From Spirochaetaceae bacterium (GTDB taxonomy: Bacteria > Spirochaetota > Spirochaetia > DSM-2461), in contig JAOPTT010000009.1 of the NCBI GenBank assembly GCA_051531975.1, forward strand, positions 192,001 to 256,000: DNA of 64,000 nt. The letters run 5' to 3'. The stretch's first letter is position 1. Every line of letters begins with the position of its first letter. The position numbers were made by a program, and so were the translations under genes. The notes beneath the pieces are model-generated. The model saw nothing but the letters and a program-made list of their open reading frames with translations, searched no databases and was not told the DNA's origin. Of this stretch, positions 19,547 through 28,660 are shown one piece after another.

Positions 19547-20743
19547 TTAGCCCTTTATAAGCCGAATCATAGTTTTATAATTTGTCATAACCCTATCTGT
19601 TATCTCTCTACCGTATGGACTTGATGAAGGCATTAATACAAATCCTTTTGCTTTCATACCTGACTCAATAGATTTTGCAGTTTTAGCTTCAAATTCTTTA
19701 GGCTCCATATTTTCTATGTCTGCAATTTCCACATTACCAAAAAGTGCTATATCTTTTCCATAATGTTCTGCAACATAATCCAGTTCTACATCACCCTGGG
19801 GTGGTGGTTCTATTGGGTCAATTGCATCTACATTCATATCAGATATAGTCTCCAGGATATTTTTTAATTTACCATGGGAATGAAGACGGACAAAACCTCC
19901 GTTTTTTTGTATCTGTTTAACCATTGGACCGGTATATTTTTGAACATAATCTTTAAAAAGGTGGGGTGGTAGATAGGGTTCAGACGCGTATTCCGGACCG
20001 TATATTCTCCATAATCTACCAGGGAAATCTGCTGAAACCTGTTTAGTTTTGCTGTAAAACGATTTAGATAACTTCTCTAGTAACTGATGAAATAAACTCT
20101 GTTCAGTCATAGCTATCATAGTGTAATTTTCAAAGCTGAATAGCCCTGCAGCTTCAGCTAATGGATCTCCGGTATCAACCATAACAAGTCCTTTGTCTCC
20201 AATAATTTTCTCTTCATTAAATAGGTCTGAGACATCATATTTTGTCTCAAACAGTTCATCTGGAAGGCTAAGGAATAGTTTTAGATCTTCTTCGGTATCT
20301 AAAAGGTGTTTTAGTGTCCAGATTGTATCAAGATCTCTATCTCTTCTTGTAAGAGATGTAAGTTCTTTTTTCCCAATTGTTAAAGTGGTTTTTGTAAACA
20401 TACTTGAACCTTTTTCGTATGTTTCAGTTTTAAAAAATTGATTATATAGAGGATGTATGTTGGTTTTTTGTGGATATCCAAATCTGATTATATCAGTATG
20501 TGCATCGCTTATTTCAAGTAGTTCCTTCCAGGACTGTGAATTGTAGATATTGTATGGATCTTTATCGTTAGGATCGATTTTAAACCCACCTATTTCATAA
20601 AAATTTAACCCTGGTCTATCCACAGTTCTACCATTTAAAATTGCTGTTAATCTCTCTTTCCCTGTCATAAAACATACCTTCTTTATTATTAGTTTGTTCA
20701 TGTTATATGGGGCAATATCAAAGGTATTTAGCATATAGTACAA
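19547..20743 (-). CDS. URO-D/MtaA superfamily protein (likely start ATG 20668, MTGKERL)
   Basis: MTGKERL...DRP N-terminus; LHSHG, IDPIEPPPQGD, LFGNVE. Confidence 0.75.
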   Translation of the reverse strand: MYYMLNTFDIAPYNMNKLIIKKVCFMTGKERLTAILNGRTVDRPGLNFYEIGGFKIDPNDKDPYNIYNSQSWKELLEISDAHTDIIRFGYPQKTNIHPLYNQFFKTETYEKGSSMFTKTTLTIGKKELTSLTRRDRDLDTIWTLKHLLDTEEDLKLFLSLPDELFETKYDVSDLFNEEKIIGDKGLVMVDTGDPLAEAAGLFSFENYTMIAMTEQSLFHQLLEKLSKSFYSKTKQVSADFPGRLWRIYGPEYASEPYLPPHLFKDYVQKYTGPMVKQIQKNGGFVRLHSHGKLKNILETISDMNVDAIDPIEPPPQGDVELDYVAEHYGKDIALFGNVEIADIENMEPKEFEAKTAKSIESGMKAKGFVLMPSSSPYGREITDRVMTNYKTMIRLIKG

Positions 20744-20785
20744 TTATTTTAGCAGTTTAAAGATTACTTGATTTAAAGGGTCTAT

Positions 20786-21589
20786 ATGGTATCATTACTT
20801 ATGAATAACAGTCTTTTCCCTTGTGGAAGTTGTCCTATAGATAATATTACTGGTATATGGAAGTTAAAAATTCCTGCGTCAGAAAATGGAGCCACTTATT
20901 CTATCCCTGGTCATCTGCTTCACTACATTATCTCCGGTTCATATAAAGTTAAAATTGGGAAAAAAGAGTATTATCCCAAAGAAGGGGATATGCTCTATTA
21001 TTATGGGAGCGAAGAGGTTATATGGGAAAGTTTTGAGACTGATATCGATTTTTATTCAGTAGGTTTTACAGGATCATTCATACCTGTTCTCTCTCCTGAT
21101 GATAGAGTTATACAAGCAACTTCTGATATAAGGAATAAATGGGAGAAACTCTGGAAAACCTCTATTGAGTCCAACAAAAACAGTGCTTATGTCTTATCAT
21201 ACTCTATATTACTAGATCTTATTTCCTCGATATTCTGGAAACAAGATGGTAGCGCTATACTGCCTCTATCAAACAAGTGGTTAAAAATAGAAAATCATAT
21301 TCGCAGTGAAAAACTCTACCATATATCCCCTGACCAGCTGGCACAAAAAGCAGGACTAAGCAGATCATCTTTATATTCTTTATGCCGTAAGGAAACAGGT
21401 GCCACACCTCTTAAATTATTAAAAGATATTAGAACTGAAGAAGCAAAAGGTATTCTAAAGTATACTGAAATGAGAATAGGGGAAATTTCTGATTACCTTG
21501 GATTTAAAAGAATTCATGACTTTTCAAGGGAGTTTAAATTAATGACAGGAATTTCACCTAAAAAGTTTAGGGATGAATCCAATCTTTAA
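20786..21589 (+). CDS. AraC-family transcriptional regulator (paralog of 13599..14423)
   Basis: Shares PGHLLHYII and YYYG.EEV with the 13599 gene; AraC HTH. Confidence 0.87.
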   Translation: MVSLLMNNSLFPCGSCPIDNITGIWKLKIPASENGATYSIPGHLLHYIISGSYKVKIGKKEYYPKEGDMLYYYGSEEVIWESFETDIDFYSVGFTGSFIPVLSPDDRVIQATSDIRNKWEKLWKTSIESNKNSAYVLSYSILLDLISSIFWKQDGSAILPLSNKWLKIENHIRSEKLYHISPDQLAQKAGLSRSSLYSLCRKETGATPLKLLKDIRTEEAKGILKYTEMRIGEISDYLGFKRIHDFSREFKLMTGISPKKFRDESNL

Positions 21590-21681
21590 TCACTAAATTA
21601 TAACACTTTCGATTGGTGTATTTATTTTATAGGGAATTATGTCTTTCCCAGTCCAATAAATGAATACTGTGTCGACATAAT

Positions 21682-22614
21682 TTAGTCATGATATTGCCTT
21701 GACTTTCTAGGAGATAATCCTAATTGATAGTTCTTATAAATATTAACTGTCTGGAATTTATAACGATACTCCTTTGGTGCTAAACCTATAATCTGCTTAA
21801 ACGTACGGCTAAATGCATATTGAGAACTAAAGCCACACTGTTCACTAATCTCGCTTATTAATTTATCGGATGTAACAAGAAGATGGCTAGCTCGAAGAAT
21901 TCTTATTTTCCGTATATATGTAGCAATGGCTGATCCAAAGTATGTTTTAAAAAGATCTCGTAATACTGGTTCTGAACACCCTGCTATCTTTAATACATCA
22001 CTGACTTGAATTATAGAGTCCAGGTTTTGATGAATATAACGTAATACTTTTGGTAGGTTTATAAGTTGATTAGAGTTCTGTTCATGATTTTGCAAAACAG
22101 TATCTTTCCGTTTAATAGCATCAGAACTTAATAATTGTTCTAGTAATAAAACCAACTGAATTGGCAGTATTTGCTTACGGTTCGAATGGCTATAAATCGC
22201 CATTTTATTAAGCAGATCTACTTCTTCCTTTGTTATCGAAAAGACTGTATTCCTTAAAGTTTCAAGCCATTGGTATTTATTTAGTTCAAATGAAATAAAT
22301 AGCCATGCTACTTTTGTATCCTTGAAACCTGTAAAGTGATGTGGTTGAAATGGGAAAATCAGGCAACACTCCATTGGGTGAAGGTCAAATATTTCTGCGT
22401 CTATCTGTACACTTCCTGATATATCTAAGCAGATACATAAGACAATCCGATGGTGCTGGGCAATATCACCATATTTCATGATTTCTTTACTACTTCCCCG
22501 GAAAAATAAAAGTACTTCCTCGGGTAAACGATTAATAGGAAAATTATCTCCCTGAAAATAGTCCCTTGGATGTTCTAGTTCTTCATATAAACCGATCATT
22601 GGTTCTGTATTCAT
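21682..22614 (-). CDS. AraC-family transcriptional regulator
   Basis: ISEQCGFSSQYAFSRTFKQIIGLAPKEYR. Confidence 0.88.
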   Translation of the reverse strand: MNTEPMIGLYEELEHPRDYFQGDNFPINRLPEEVLLFFRGSSKEIMKYGDIAQHHRIVLCICLDISGSVQIDAEIFDLHPMECCLIFPFQPHHFTGFKDTKVAWLFISFELNKYQWLETLRNTVFSITKEEVDLLNKMAIYSHSNRKQILPIQLVLLLEQLLSSDAIKRKDTVLQNHEQNSNQLINLPKVLRYIHQNLDSIIQVSDVLKIAGCSEPVLRDLFKTYFGSAIATYIRKIRILRASHLLVTSDKLISEISEQCGFSSQYAFSRTFKQIIGLAPKEYRYKFQTVNIYKNYQLGLSPRKSRQYHD

Positions 22615-22774
22615 GTATACCTCTCTATAGTTTAATTTTTACTGAACTAAGCATTTAAATCGCAAAATGTTAAAAACTATATTTATATCGACATTTTATA
22701 TCATAATCCTCTGAGTTATTGTTAGTCAATCTTGAATATGATTTTGAGATAAGAAATTTGATAGGAGACATAAT

Positions 22775-23527
22775 ATGAAAAGAGACAAGCGGTTTTTAAA
22801 TAAATTCAACGAATTAGCTGAACAGTTTGATGTTGAAATGAATAAGCAGATGGATGCTGCAGTTAGTTTAATGGTTAAGGCAATCAAAGAAGATCGTCTT
22901 ATATATATTTTTGGTGGTGGTGGACACACTTGCTTGGTTATGCAGGAACTATTCTGGCGTGCAGGTGGGTTAGCAAATCTTTGCCCGATGATTGACTTTG
23001 CTATTCACCCTGTTACACCAGCATACATGTATCTCGCCCATGAGCGGATGCATGGAGTAGGAAATGCTCTGGTTGACTATTATGGTGTTGGTGAAGATGA
23101 CCTTGTTATTATATTTCATAGCTATGGTTTCAATGCACCAACTATTGACTGTGCTTTAAGAGCAAAAGAGGTTGGAGCCCAGGTTGTAGGTGTTTCTTCC
23201 AGTGAATGGCACAGAACCATTCCTGCAGATTTTCCTATCCGTCACGATAGTGGGAAAAATTTGTTTGATGTAGCCGATATCTGCCTTGATGATTTTGTAC
23301 CATTTGGGGATACAGTACTTACTACTGAAGGTTTTGATCTGCCATTTACTGGAATTTCGTCAATTATAGACTTTTATATAGCACATCGACTTGAATCGGA
23401 GTGTATTAAACAATGTGTTGTAGATGGAATTAAGCCTCCAGTTTGGTGTAGTGCAAATGTCCCAGGTGGAGATGAAAAGAATGCTGACCTACGTAAAAAA
23501 TATAATCCTCGGATTAAATTTTTATAA
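22775..23527 (+). CDS. SIS (sugar isomerase) domain protein, UPF0309-like
   Basis: IYIFGGGGH, ELFWRAGGL, PPVWCSANVPGGDEKN. Confidence 0.8.
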   Translation: MKRDKRFLNKFNELAEQFDVEMNKQMDAAVSLMVKAIKEDRLIYIFGGGGHTCLVMQELFWRAGGLANLCPMIDFAIHPVTPAYMYLAHERMHGVGNALVDYYGVGEDDLVIIFHSYGFNAPTIDCALRAKEVGAQVVGVSSSEWHRTIPADFPIRHDSGKNLFDVADICLDDFVPFGDTVLTTEGFDLPFTGISSIIDFYIAHRLESECIKQCVVDGIKPPVWCSANVPGGDEKNADLRKKYNPRIKFL

Positions 23528-23610
23528 GGTGAAACCAAAACTAAGTGGTATGTGTGTAAATACCACTTAGATAATCGATACAAATATAAAATATTGAAGA
23601 GGAATAGTTT

Positions 23611-24642
23611 ATGAGCGTAAAAGAAACTGGTGTAAGTTATTATGGGGTATCCTATGTGGAACATGCCCGAAAAGATTTCGAAGAGATGAAGGCTCACAAT
23701 GTAACTGCTGTATTATTATCTCTTAGTGAATTTGATATTTTCTTTTGGAAGCCAAATATACCAAAAATTGTTGATGCAGCTAAGAAATTAGGACTGAAAG
23801 TTTACTTAAATACCTGGGGGATCGGAAAGTTTTTTGGTGGAGAACCTCCGTCTGTTTTCCTACAGGAGTGTAGTATCTACGACCGTCAATGGACAGCAAT
23901 ATCAGGAGAACCTATTGCAGCTGCTTCTCCTAGTTCCCCGGCATTCCGTGATTACTTTTATGGGATTCTTGAAGAATTGGCTTCTACTTGTAATGCGGAT
24001 GGATTCTTTTGGGACGAACCACACTATGCTATGCCAGTAGCCCCCATCAGTTATCAATCAACTGCGGATTTTACCTGCCGTAGTCCAATTACTCAAAAGA
24101 TTTTTAAAGATAAATATGGTTATGAAATGCCTAAGTCATTAACTAAAACAGTGTTAAAATTTCGTTTTGATCAAGCCAATGAAATACTTTCAGAGGGTAG
24201 TCGAATTGTTAAATCAATTAATCCCAACCTAATTGTAACACAGTGTTCTCTACCTGCAGATAACCATTTTTATGCTACCCAAGCCCGGGGATTCGATAAT
24301 TGGGAGAAAATTGCATATAACAAAAACTATGATGTATTTTCTACATCTATTTTAGTTGATGGAAATGATCCTTTGGATGCACACCGTGATATGGCAAGAA
24401 AAACAGTAAAATTAGCTAAGGCAAACAACAAGCCTTCCCAACGTTGGATTCAGTCATTTTTTAGGTCACCACGGGATCTAGAAAACATTCGTAATGTTGT
24501 AAAAATTTATGCTGATGAAGGAGTCGATTCCATCTTTTCCTGGACATATAGAGCAGGGAAGGGAACTTGTCTGTCCGCTCCAGAGCCTGATAAAGTATGG
24601 GATATTTTAGGAGAGGCCTATGGAGAAGTACTTAAGAAGTGA
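23611..24642 (+). CDS. Uncharacterised TIM-barrel glycoside-hydrolase-like protein
   Basis: GVSYYG..., DAAKKLGLKVY and DGFFWDEPH pattern; sugar-operon context. Confidence 0.55.
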   Translation: MSVKETGVSYYGVSYVEHARKDFEEMKAHNVTAVLLSLSEFDIFFWKPNIPKIVDAAKKLGLKVYLNTWGIGKFFGGEPPSVFLQECSIYDRQWTAISGEPIAAASPSSPAFRDYFYGILEELASTCNADGFFWDEPHYAMPVAPISYQSTADFTCRSPITQKIFKDKYGYEMPKSLTKTVLKFRFDQANEILSEGSRIVKSINPNLIVTQCSLPADNHFYATQARGFDNWEKIAYNKNYDVFSTSILVDGNDPLDAHRDMARKTVKLAKANNKPSQRWIQSFFRSPRDLENIRNVVKIYADEGVDSIFSWTYRAGKGTCLSAPEPDKVWDILGEAYGEVLKK

Positions 24643-24696
24643 TAATTACAGTCATGTATTAAGTAAATATTAACAATTATGTAGGAGATTAAACCG

Positions 24697-25956
24697 ATGA
24701 AGAATACAAAAATAAAGGCAGTTATTATTGGTGCAGGGAGTAGGGGAGTAGATGCATATTCTACATATGCAGAGAGGTATCCAAATGAGCTGGATATTAT
24801 AGCAGTAGCAGAACCCCGGGAGGATAGACGGTCTGAGTTCTGTAAGCGCTTTAACATAGAAGAGTCTAATAGCTATCCAGGCTGGATCGAACTACTATCA
24901 AAAGACCGAATGGCCGATGTTGCTTTTATCTGTACCCCAGATAGGTTACATGTTGAACCGGCAATAGAAGCCATGAAAAAAGGGTATCATTTACTGCTTG
25001 AAAAACCTGTTGCAATCGATGTTAAAGGTTGTATGGATCTTTTATCAAATGCAAAAAAATACAATGTATCAGTTATTGTGGCTCATGTACTGCGTTATAC
25101 TCCATTTTTCTCAACAATAAAAAAAATATTGGACAATGGTACCATCGGTAATCTTAAGGGTATTCAACATAATGAAAATATAGGTTACATTCACTATTCC
25201 CATAGTTATGTAAGGGGTAATTGGAGTAAGGAGAATGAGTCTTCCCCAGTTATTCTCTCAAAAAGTTCACATGATATGGACATACTGCTATACCTTGCTG
25301 GAGATGATTGTTCCAGACTTTCATCCTTTGGTAGCCGTGGGGTTTTTCAGTCAAAAAACAGACCAGAGGGTGCTCCTTCAAGATGTCTCTCTGGTTGTAA
25401 ACACCGAACAACTTGTTCCTACTACGCTCCAAAGATATATCTGGAAGAACTAAATACTTGGCCAGCTAATATCCTAACTGTAGATCAGACTTTTAATGGA
25501 ATTATAACAGCTCTAAAGGAAGGCCCATACGGTCGTTGTGTCTATGATTGTGATAATGACGTTATGGAGCATCAAACAATGAATATTGAGTTTAAAAATG
25601 GTGTACAGGCAGTTTTCACTCTATCAGCATTTACCAACGAGACTTCAAGGACAATCAAACTGGTTGGAGAGAAGGGAGAAATCAGAGGTGCAATGGAAAA
25701 AAACACTATTGAAATTCATAATTTTGAGACAAAACAGGTAACAACAATAAAAACAGAAAACCCTACAACAGGACACAGTGGTGGAGACGAAGGTATTGTT
25801 AAGGATCTAATCATGCATCTGGAAAACAAGGAACATAAGCTTCCTAGTCCATTAGAACTTTCAATACAAAGTCACCTAATGGCTTTAGCAGCAGAAGAAT
25901 CTAGACTAAATGGCGTGCTTATTAATATGGATGACTTCACCTCTTTGAATAAATAA
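24697..25956 (+). CDS. Gfo/Idh/MocA-family oxidoreductase
   Basis: IIGAGSRG, LLEKP, HSYVRGNW, HSGGD. Confidence 0.9.
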   Translation: MKNTKIKAVIIGAGSRGVDAYSTYAERYPNELDIIAVAEPREDRRSEFCKRFNIEESNSYPGWIELLSKDRMADVAFICTPDRLHVEPAIEAMKKGYHLLLEKPVAIDVKGCMDLLSNAKKYNVSVIVAHVLRYTPFFSTIKKILDNGTIGNLKGIQHNENIGYIHYSHSYVRGNWSKENESSPVILSKSSHDMDILLYLAGDDCSRLSSFGSRGVFQSKNRPEGAPSRCLSGCKHRTTCSYYAPKIYLEELNTWPANILTVDQTFNGIITALKEGPYGRCVYDCDNDVMEHQTMNIEFKNGVQAVFTLSAFTNETSRTIKLVGEKGEIRGAMEKNTIEIHNFETKQVTTIKTENPTTGHSGGDEGIVKDLIMHLENKEHKLPSPLELSIQSHLMALAAEESRLNGVLINMDDFTSLNK

Positions 25957-26057
25957 TATCAGAGGTACTAGCATCTAATAATACATAGGGGAGTTACAGT
26001 CGGTGTAGATCCTGTAACTGTCTATCTCTTTAATCATAATATCTTTACTAAAATTTA

Positions 26058-26206
26058 ATTTTATTTAAAGATTTTGTAACTTTTTGAAAGTTGAGTTGTT
26101 TTATTAGTTATACAACGTAATAATTTTCGTTTAAATATACTCCTTTTTTTGGATCCTGCTACTAGCAGGGTCTTTTTTTATATAAGATATAAATTGAATA
26201 ATTAGC
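26058..26206 (+). repeat. Left copy of a ~150-bp imperfect inverted repeat flanking hipBA
   Basis: Aligns by eye with the reverse complement of 28367..28521 (ttatttaaa..tttgtaactttttg.aagtt.agttgt.tta...taataatttt...ctccttttttt.ggatcctgctactag.agggtcttttttt). Confidence 0.9.
26109..26179 (+). ncRNA. Putative ~70-nt small RNA, copy 1 (anti-SD seed + terminator)
   Basis: Upstream TGTAAC-N17-GTTTTA; CTCCTTTTTTT; hairpin ggatcctgct-act-agcagggtct + T-run; ends approximate. Confidence 0.5.
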
Positions 26207-26316
26207 TTATCTTTTATTATTATTAAGGAATATATTTTTTGTTATGAATAATACAATAATAAAAATTACTTAAGTAACTAAGACTATTTAGTCTTTAATT
26301 ATTGATTTTAACAAAA

Positions 26317-27591
26317 CTACTCTTTTGTGATTCTTTTACTAAACGATTTTATTCTTTTGTTTATTTCTGCTTTAATTCTTCCAGCAGCTTTTATATCTGG
26401 AAATCTAGATTTAAAATTAATTACTTCATCATCTAAAACTTCTTCCAATTTGGAAGACATTTTAATAAATGACTCTATTAAAATATCTGAATTTTTATCA
26501 AGCCCCCAACCACATAGTTCGGCCTTAAAATGATCGTTATTCCATTCGAACCAATGATTATTTTTATTCATTTCATAAGCGAAATTAGAAATATATTCTT
26601 TATAAATACTTGTGCATAAAATATCATAAAATGGAGATAATATCATTTTACCGTTTACATAAAGAAAAGAAATATTTTTAGAATGAGAATCATTATTTCC
26701 AATTAATAAATTAAAACATATCCAGTTCATATATTCTTTAACATCCTCGATAACATTTGAACTATATGTCTGAATAGCATTATAGTTATCTTTAAGATTC
26801 GGACCACTGTTACTTTCATACTTCTCTGATACTAAGCAGTTTTGAACCTGACAAAAGTCGACTTGATGTAGACGTGCAACTTCATCCTCAGATATTATTT
26901 CTCTGTCATACCTTTCTATTAAATAGAAAGGTATTTCTCCGCTTATGATATCAACCTCAGAAACATTCAATCCACATGATTGTGCTAATTTCATACAAAA
27001 GTATTCGTTATATACGCTGTCTTTTACTGTTTTATTCATATGTGGAGGTTTTAATATATGCGTAGTTGGAGCTCCATTTATTGGAATATAAATGGAGCCT
27101 TCATTATATACTACTGGTATTTTGTCCTGTGCACCTGCCAAAGAAAACCTACCATTGTGATATTTTATTACATGAGCCATTAAGTTTTCATTATTTTTAT
27201 ATGCTTTTGAAAGTTCCTTAAGATCTAACTGTTTATAATTATCTTTTTCAACCTTAATAGAGAGGGTCTTATTAGGAGAAATAATAAATGCTCCTGCACA
27301 GTCTACTCCATATTCTTCTAAAAATTTATATCCAGTTTCAACACTTTTTCCTAATAATTTTTCTAAACGTTCTTTAACTAAACCTTCGGGAATTAAATTT
27401 TCAAAATAAGATAAACACTCTTTATTATTAAATGGTTCAGTTCTTTTTAAATCTAATACAGGTGATAATGAAAAAGATTCATTAGATAAAATCCAATTAG
27501 AATCATATACAAATGAAAGTGTGGCATCATCATTATTTGTAAGTATTCCAACAATACTATTCTTGTAAAAAACATATAAAATACTCATCAT
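26317..27591 (-). CDS. hipA: HipA-family Ser/Thr kinase toxin with N-terminal coupling domain
   Basis: FENLIPEG, FSLAGAQDK, HILKP, NEYFCM, GNNDSHSKN, SPFYD; ATG 27591 overlaps the hipB stop (ATGA). Confidence 0.92.
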   Translation of the reverse strand: MMSILYVFYKNSIVGILTNNDDATLSFVYDSNWILSNESFSLSPVLDLKRTEPFNNKECLSYFENLIPEGLVKERLEKLLGKSVETGYKFLEEYGVDCAGAFIISPNKTLSIKVEKDNYKQLDLKELSKAYKNNENLMAHVIKYHNGRFSLAGAQDKIPVVYNEGSIYIPINGAPTTHILKPPHMNKTVKDSVYNEYFCMKLAQSCGLNVSEVDIISGEIPFYLIERYDREIISEDEVARLHQVDFCQVQNCLVSEKYESNSGPNLKDNYNAIQTYSSNVIEDVKEYMNWICFNLLIGNNDSHSKNISFLYVNGKMILSPFYDILCTSIYKEYISNFAYEMNKNNHWFEWNNDHFKAELCGWGLDKNSDILIESFIKMSSKLEEVLDDEVINFKSRFPDIKAAGRIKAEINKRIKSFSKRITKE

Positions 27592-27857
27592 CTTTCCTTT
27601 ATTTCTAGTGATAAACTGCATACTTTTAATATTTTTAATAGAGTTGAAATTCTTATATCTGTCTTACCATTTTCAAATTCACTTATAGCTATACGTGATA
27701 CATTAGAATATTTTGCAAGGTCTTGTTGTGATAATTTATTAGTTGCTCTGTAGTTTTTAATGACATTTGAAATATCATTACCACTAATGACGCTAATAGA
27801 TTTAATTTTAGTTTTAGCTTCAATATTTATATTAGGAGATTTCATTTTAAATTTCAT
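27588..27857 (-). CDS. hipB: HipB-like XRE/HTH antitoxin
   Basis: LSQQDLAKYSNVSRIAISEFENGK HTH directly upstream of hipA. Confidence 0.88.
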   Translation of the reverse strand: MKFKMKSPNINIEAKTKIKSISVISGNDISNVIKNYRATNKLSQQDLAKYSNVSRIAISEFENGKTDIRISTLLKILKVCSLSLEIKER

Positions 27858-27895
27858 ATGTTTTCCTCATTTATCACATTATAATCAATAAAATA

Positions 27896-28050
27896 TACAG
27901 CTTGTAAACTATAGCTTGCAAAACTAAATCAATTAACAATTTGTAAACTATAATATACAAAACTATATAAAACTACAATTTGTAAACTATAGCATACAAA
28001 ACTGTATAAATCTACGATTTGTAAACTAAAGCATACAATATTATATTAAT
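27896..28050. promoter_or_regulatory. Four 39-bp-periodic palindromic operators (TTGTA-N10-TACAA), likely HipB sites
   Basis: ttgtaaacta-containing units start at 27902, 27941, 27980 and 28019, upstream of hipB. Confidence 0.75.
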
Positions 28051-28366
28051 CTAAAATATATTTGTATATGAGGTTACCCATATAGAGTAATTCATCATAC
28101 ATAAAAACTATGGGAATATAGATCGTATAACAAAGAGTTGGTAATAAAAATTATTTTGTCATAGCCTATATAGTAGTTTTAAATCCCTATGTGCTGAAAA
28201 GCACTAACCTATACACTTTTCTTTAAAATTATATATGTTAATGTTTTTCTCTTAATATAGAGTAAACCGTAATTGTATTTGGAGGTCCTAGAATAATAAT
28301 GATTTGGTATAAACTAATTTTATATAATAGTTAGAGAAACAACTTTTCAATCATGTGAGTAAGCCT

Positions 28367-28521
28367 GCTAACTATTTTCAATCGATTTTATTTCATATAA
28401 AAAAAAAGACCCTACTAGTAGCAGGATCCGAAAAAAAGGAGAATTTTCAAAAAAAATTATTATGTTATATATAGTAAGACAACTTAACTTCCAAAAAGTT
28501 ACAAATTATTTAAATAAAATA
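28367..28521 (-). repeat. Right copy of the ~150-bp imperfect inverted repeat
   Basis: Reverse complement matches 26058..26206. Confidence 0.9.
28399..28468 (-). ncRNA. Putative ~70-nt small RNA, copy 2
   Basis: On minus: TGTAAC-N17-GTCTTA promoter-like motif, TCTCCTTTTTTT, ggatcctgctactagtagggtc + T-run; ends approximate. Confidence 0.5.
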
Positions 28522-28660
28522 AAAAAAGTTCAAAATATAAAAATAGATTTTTTCATGTTTTCAGCATTAACACACTAAATTTAAATTGATAGATATAATT
28601 CAATTTCCAAATATGTCATATTCTAATGATATGAACATCCATAACTTCCTTAAATAAGTA

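Noticed and set aside
17461..20743. Calling the URO-D-like genes hemE
   Set aside because: They lack the HemE N-terminal W.MRQAGR motif and there is no tetrapyrrole gene context.
27896..28050. 39-bp periodic repeats as a mini-CRISPR array
   Set aside because: The units are contiguous and similar along their whole length, with no unique spacers and no cas genes; the position fits HipB operators.
26058..28521. Autonomous transposon or IS bounded by the inverted repeats
   Set aside because: No transposase or recombinase between or beside the repeats, no obvious target-site duplication, and the repeats are too diverged for an active element.
28462..28578. Small ORF downstream of AAGGAG in the right repeat (type I toxin-like)
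   Set aside because: The SD-to-ATG distance is ~20 nt, the left copy has ACG at the equivalent position, and the peptide is not hydrophobic.
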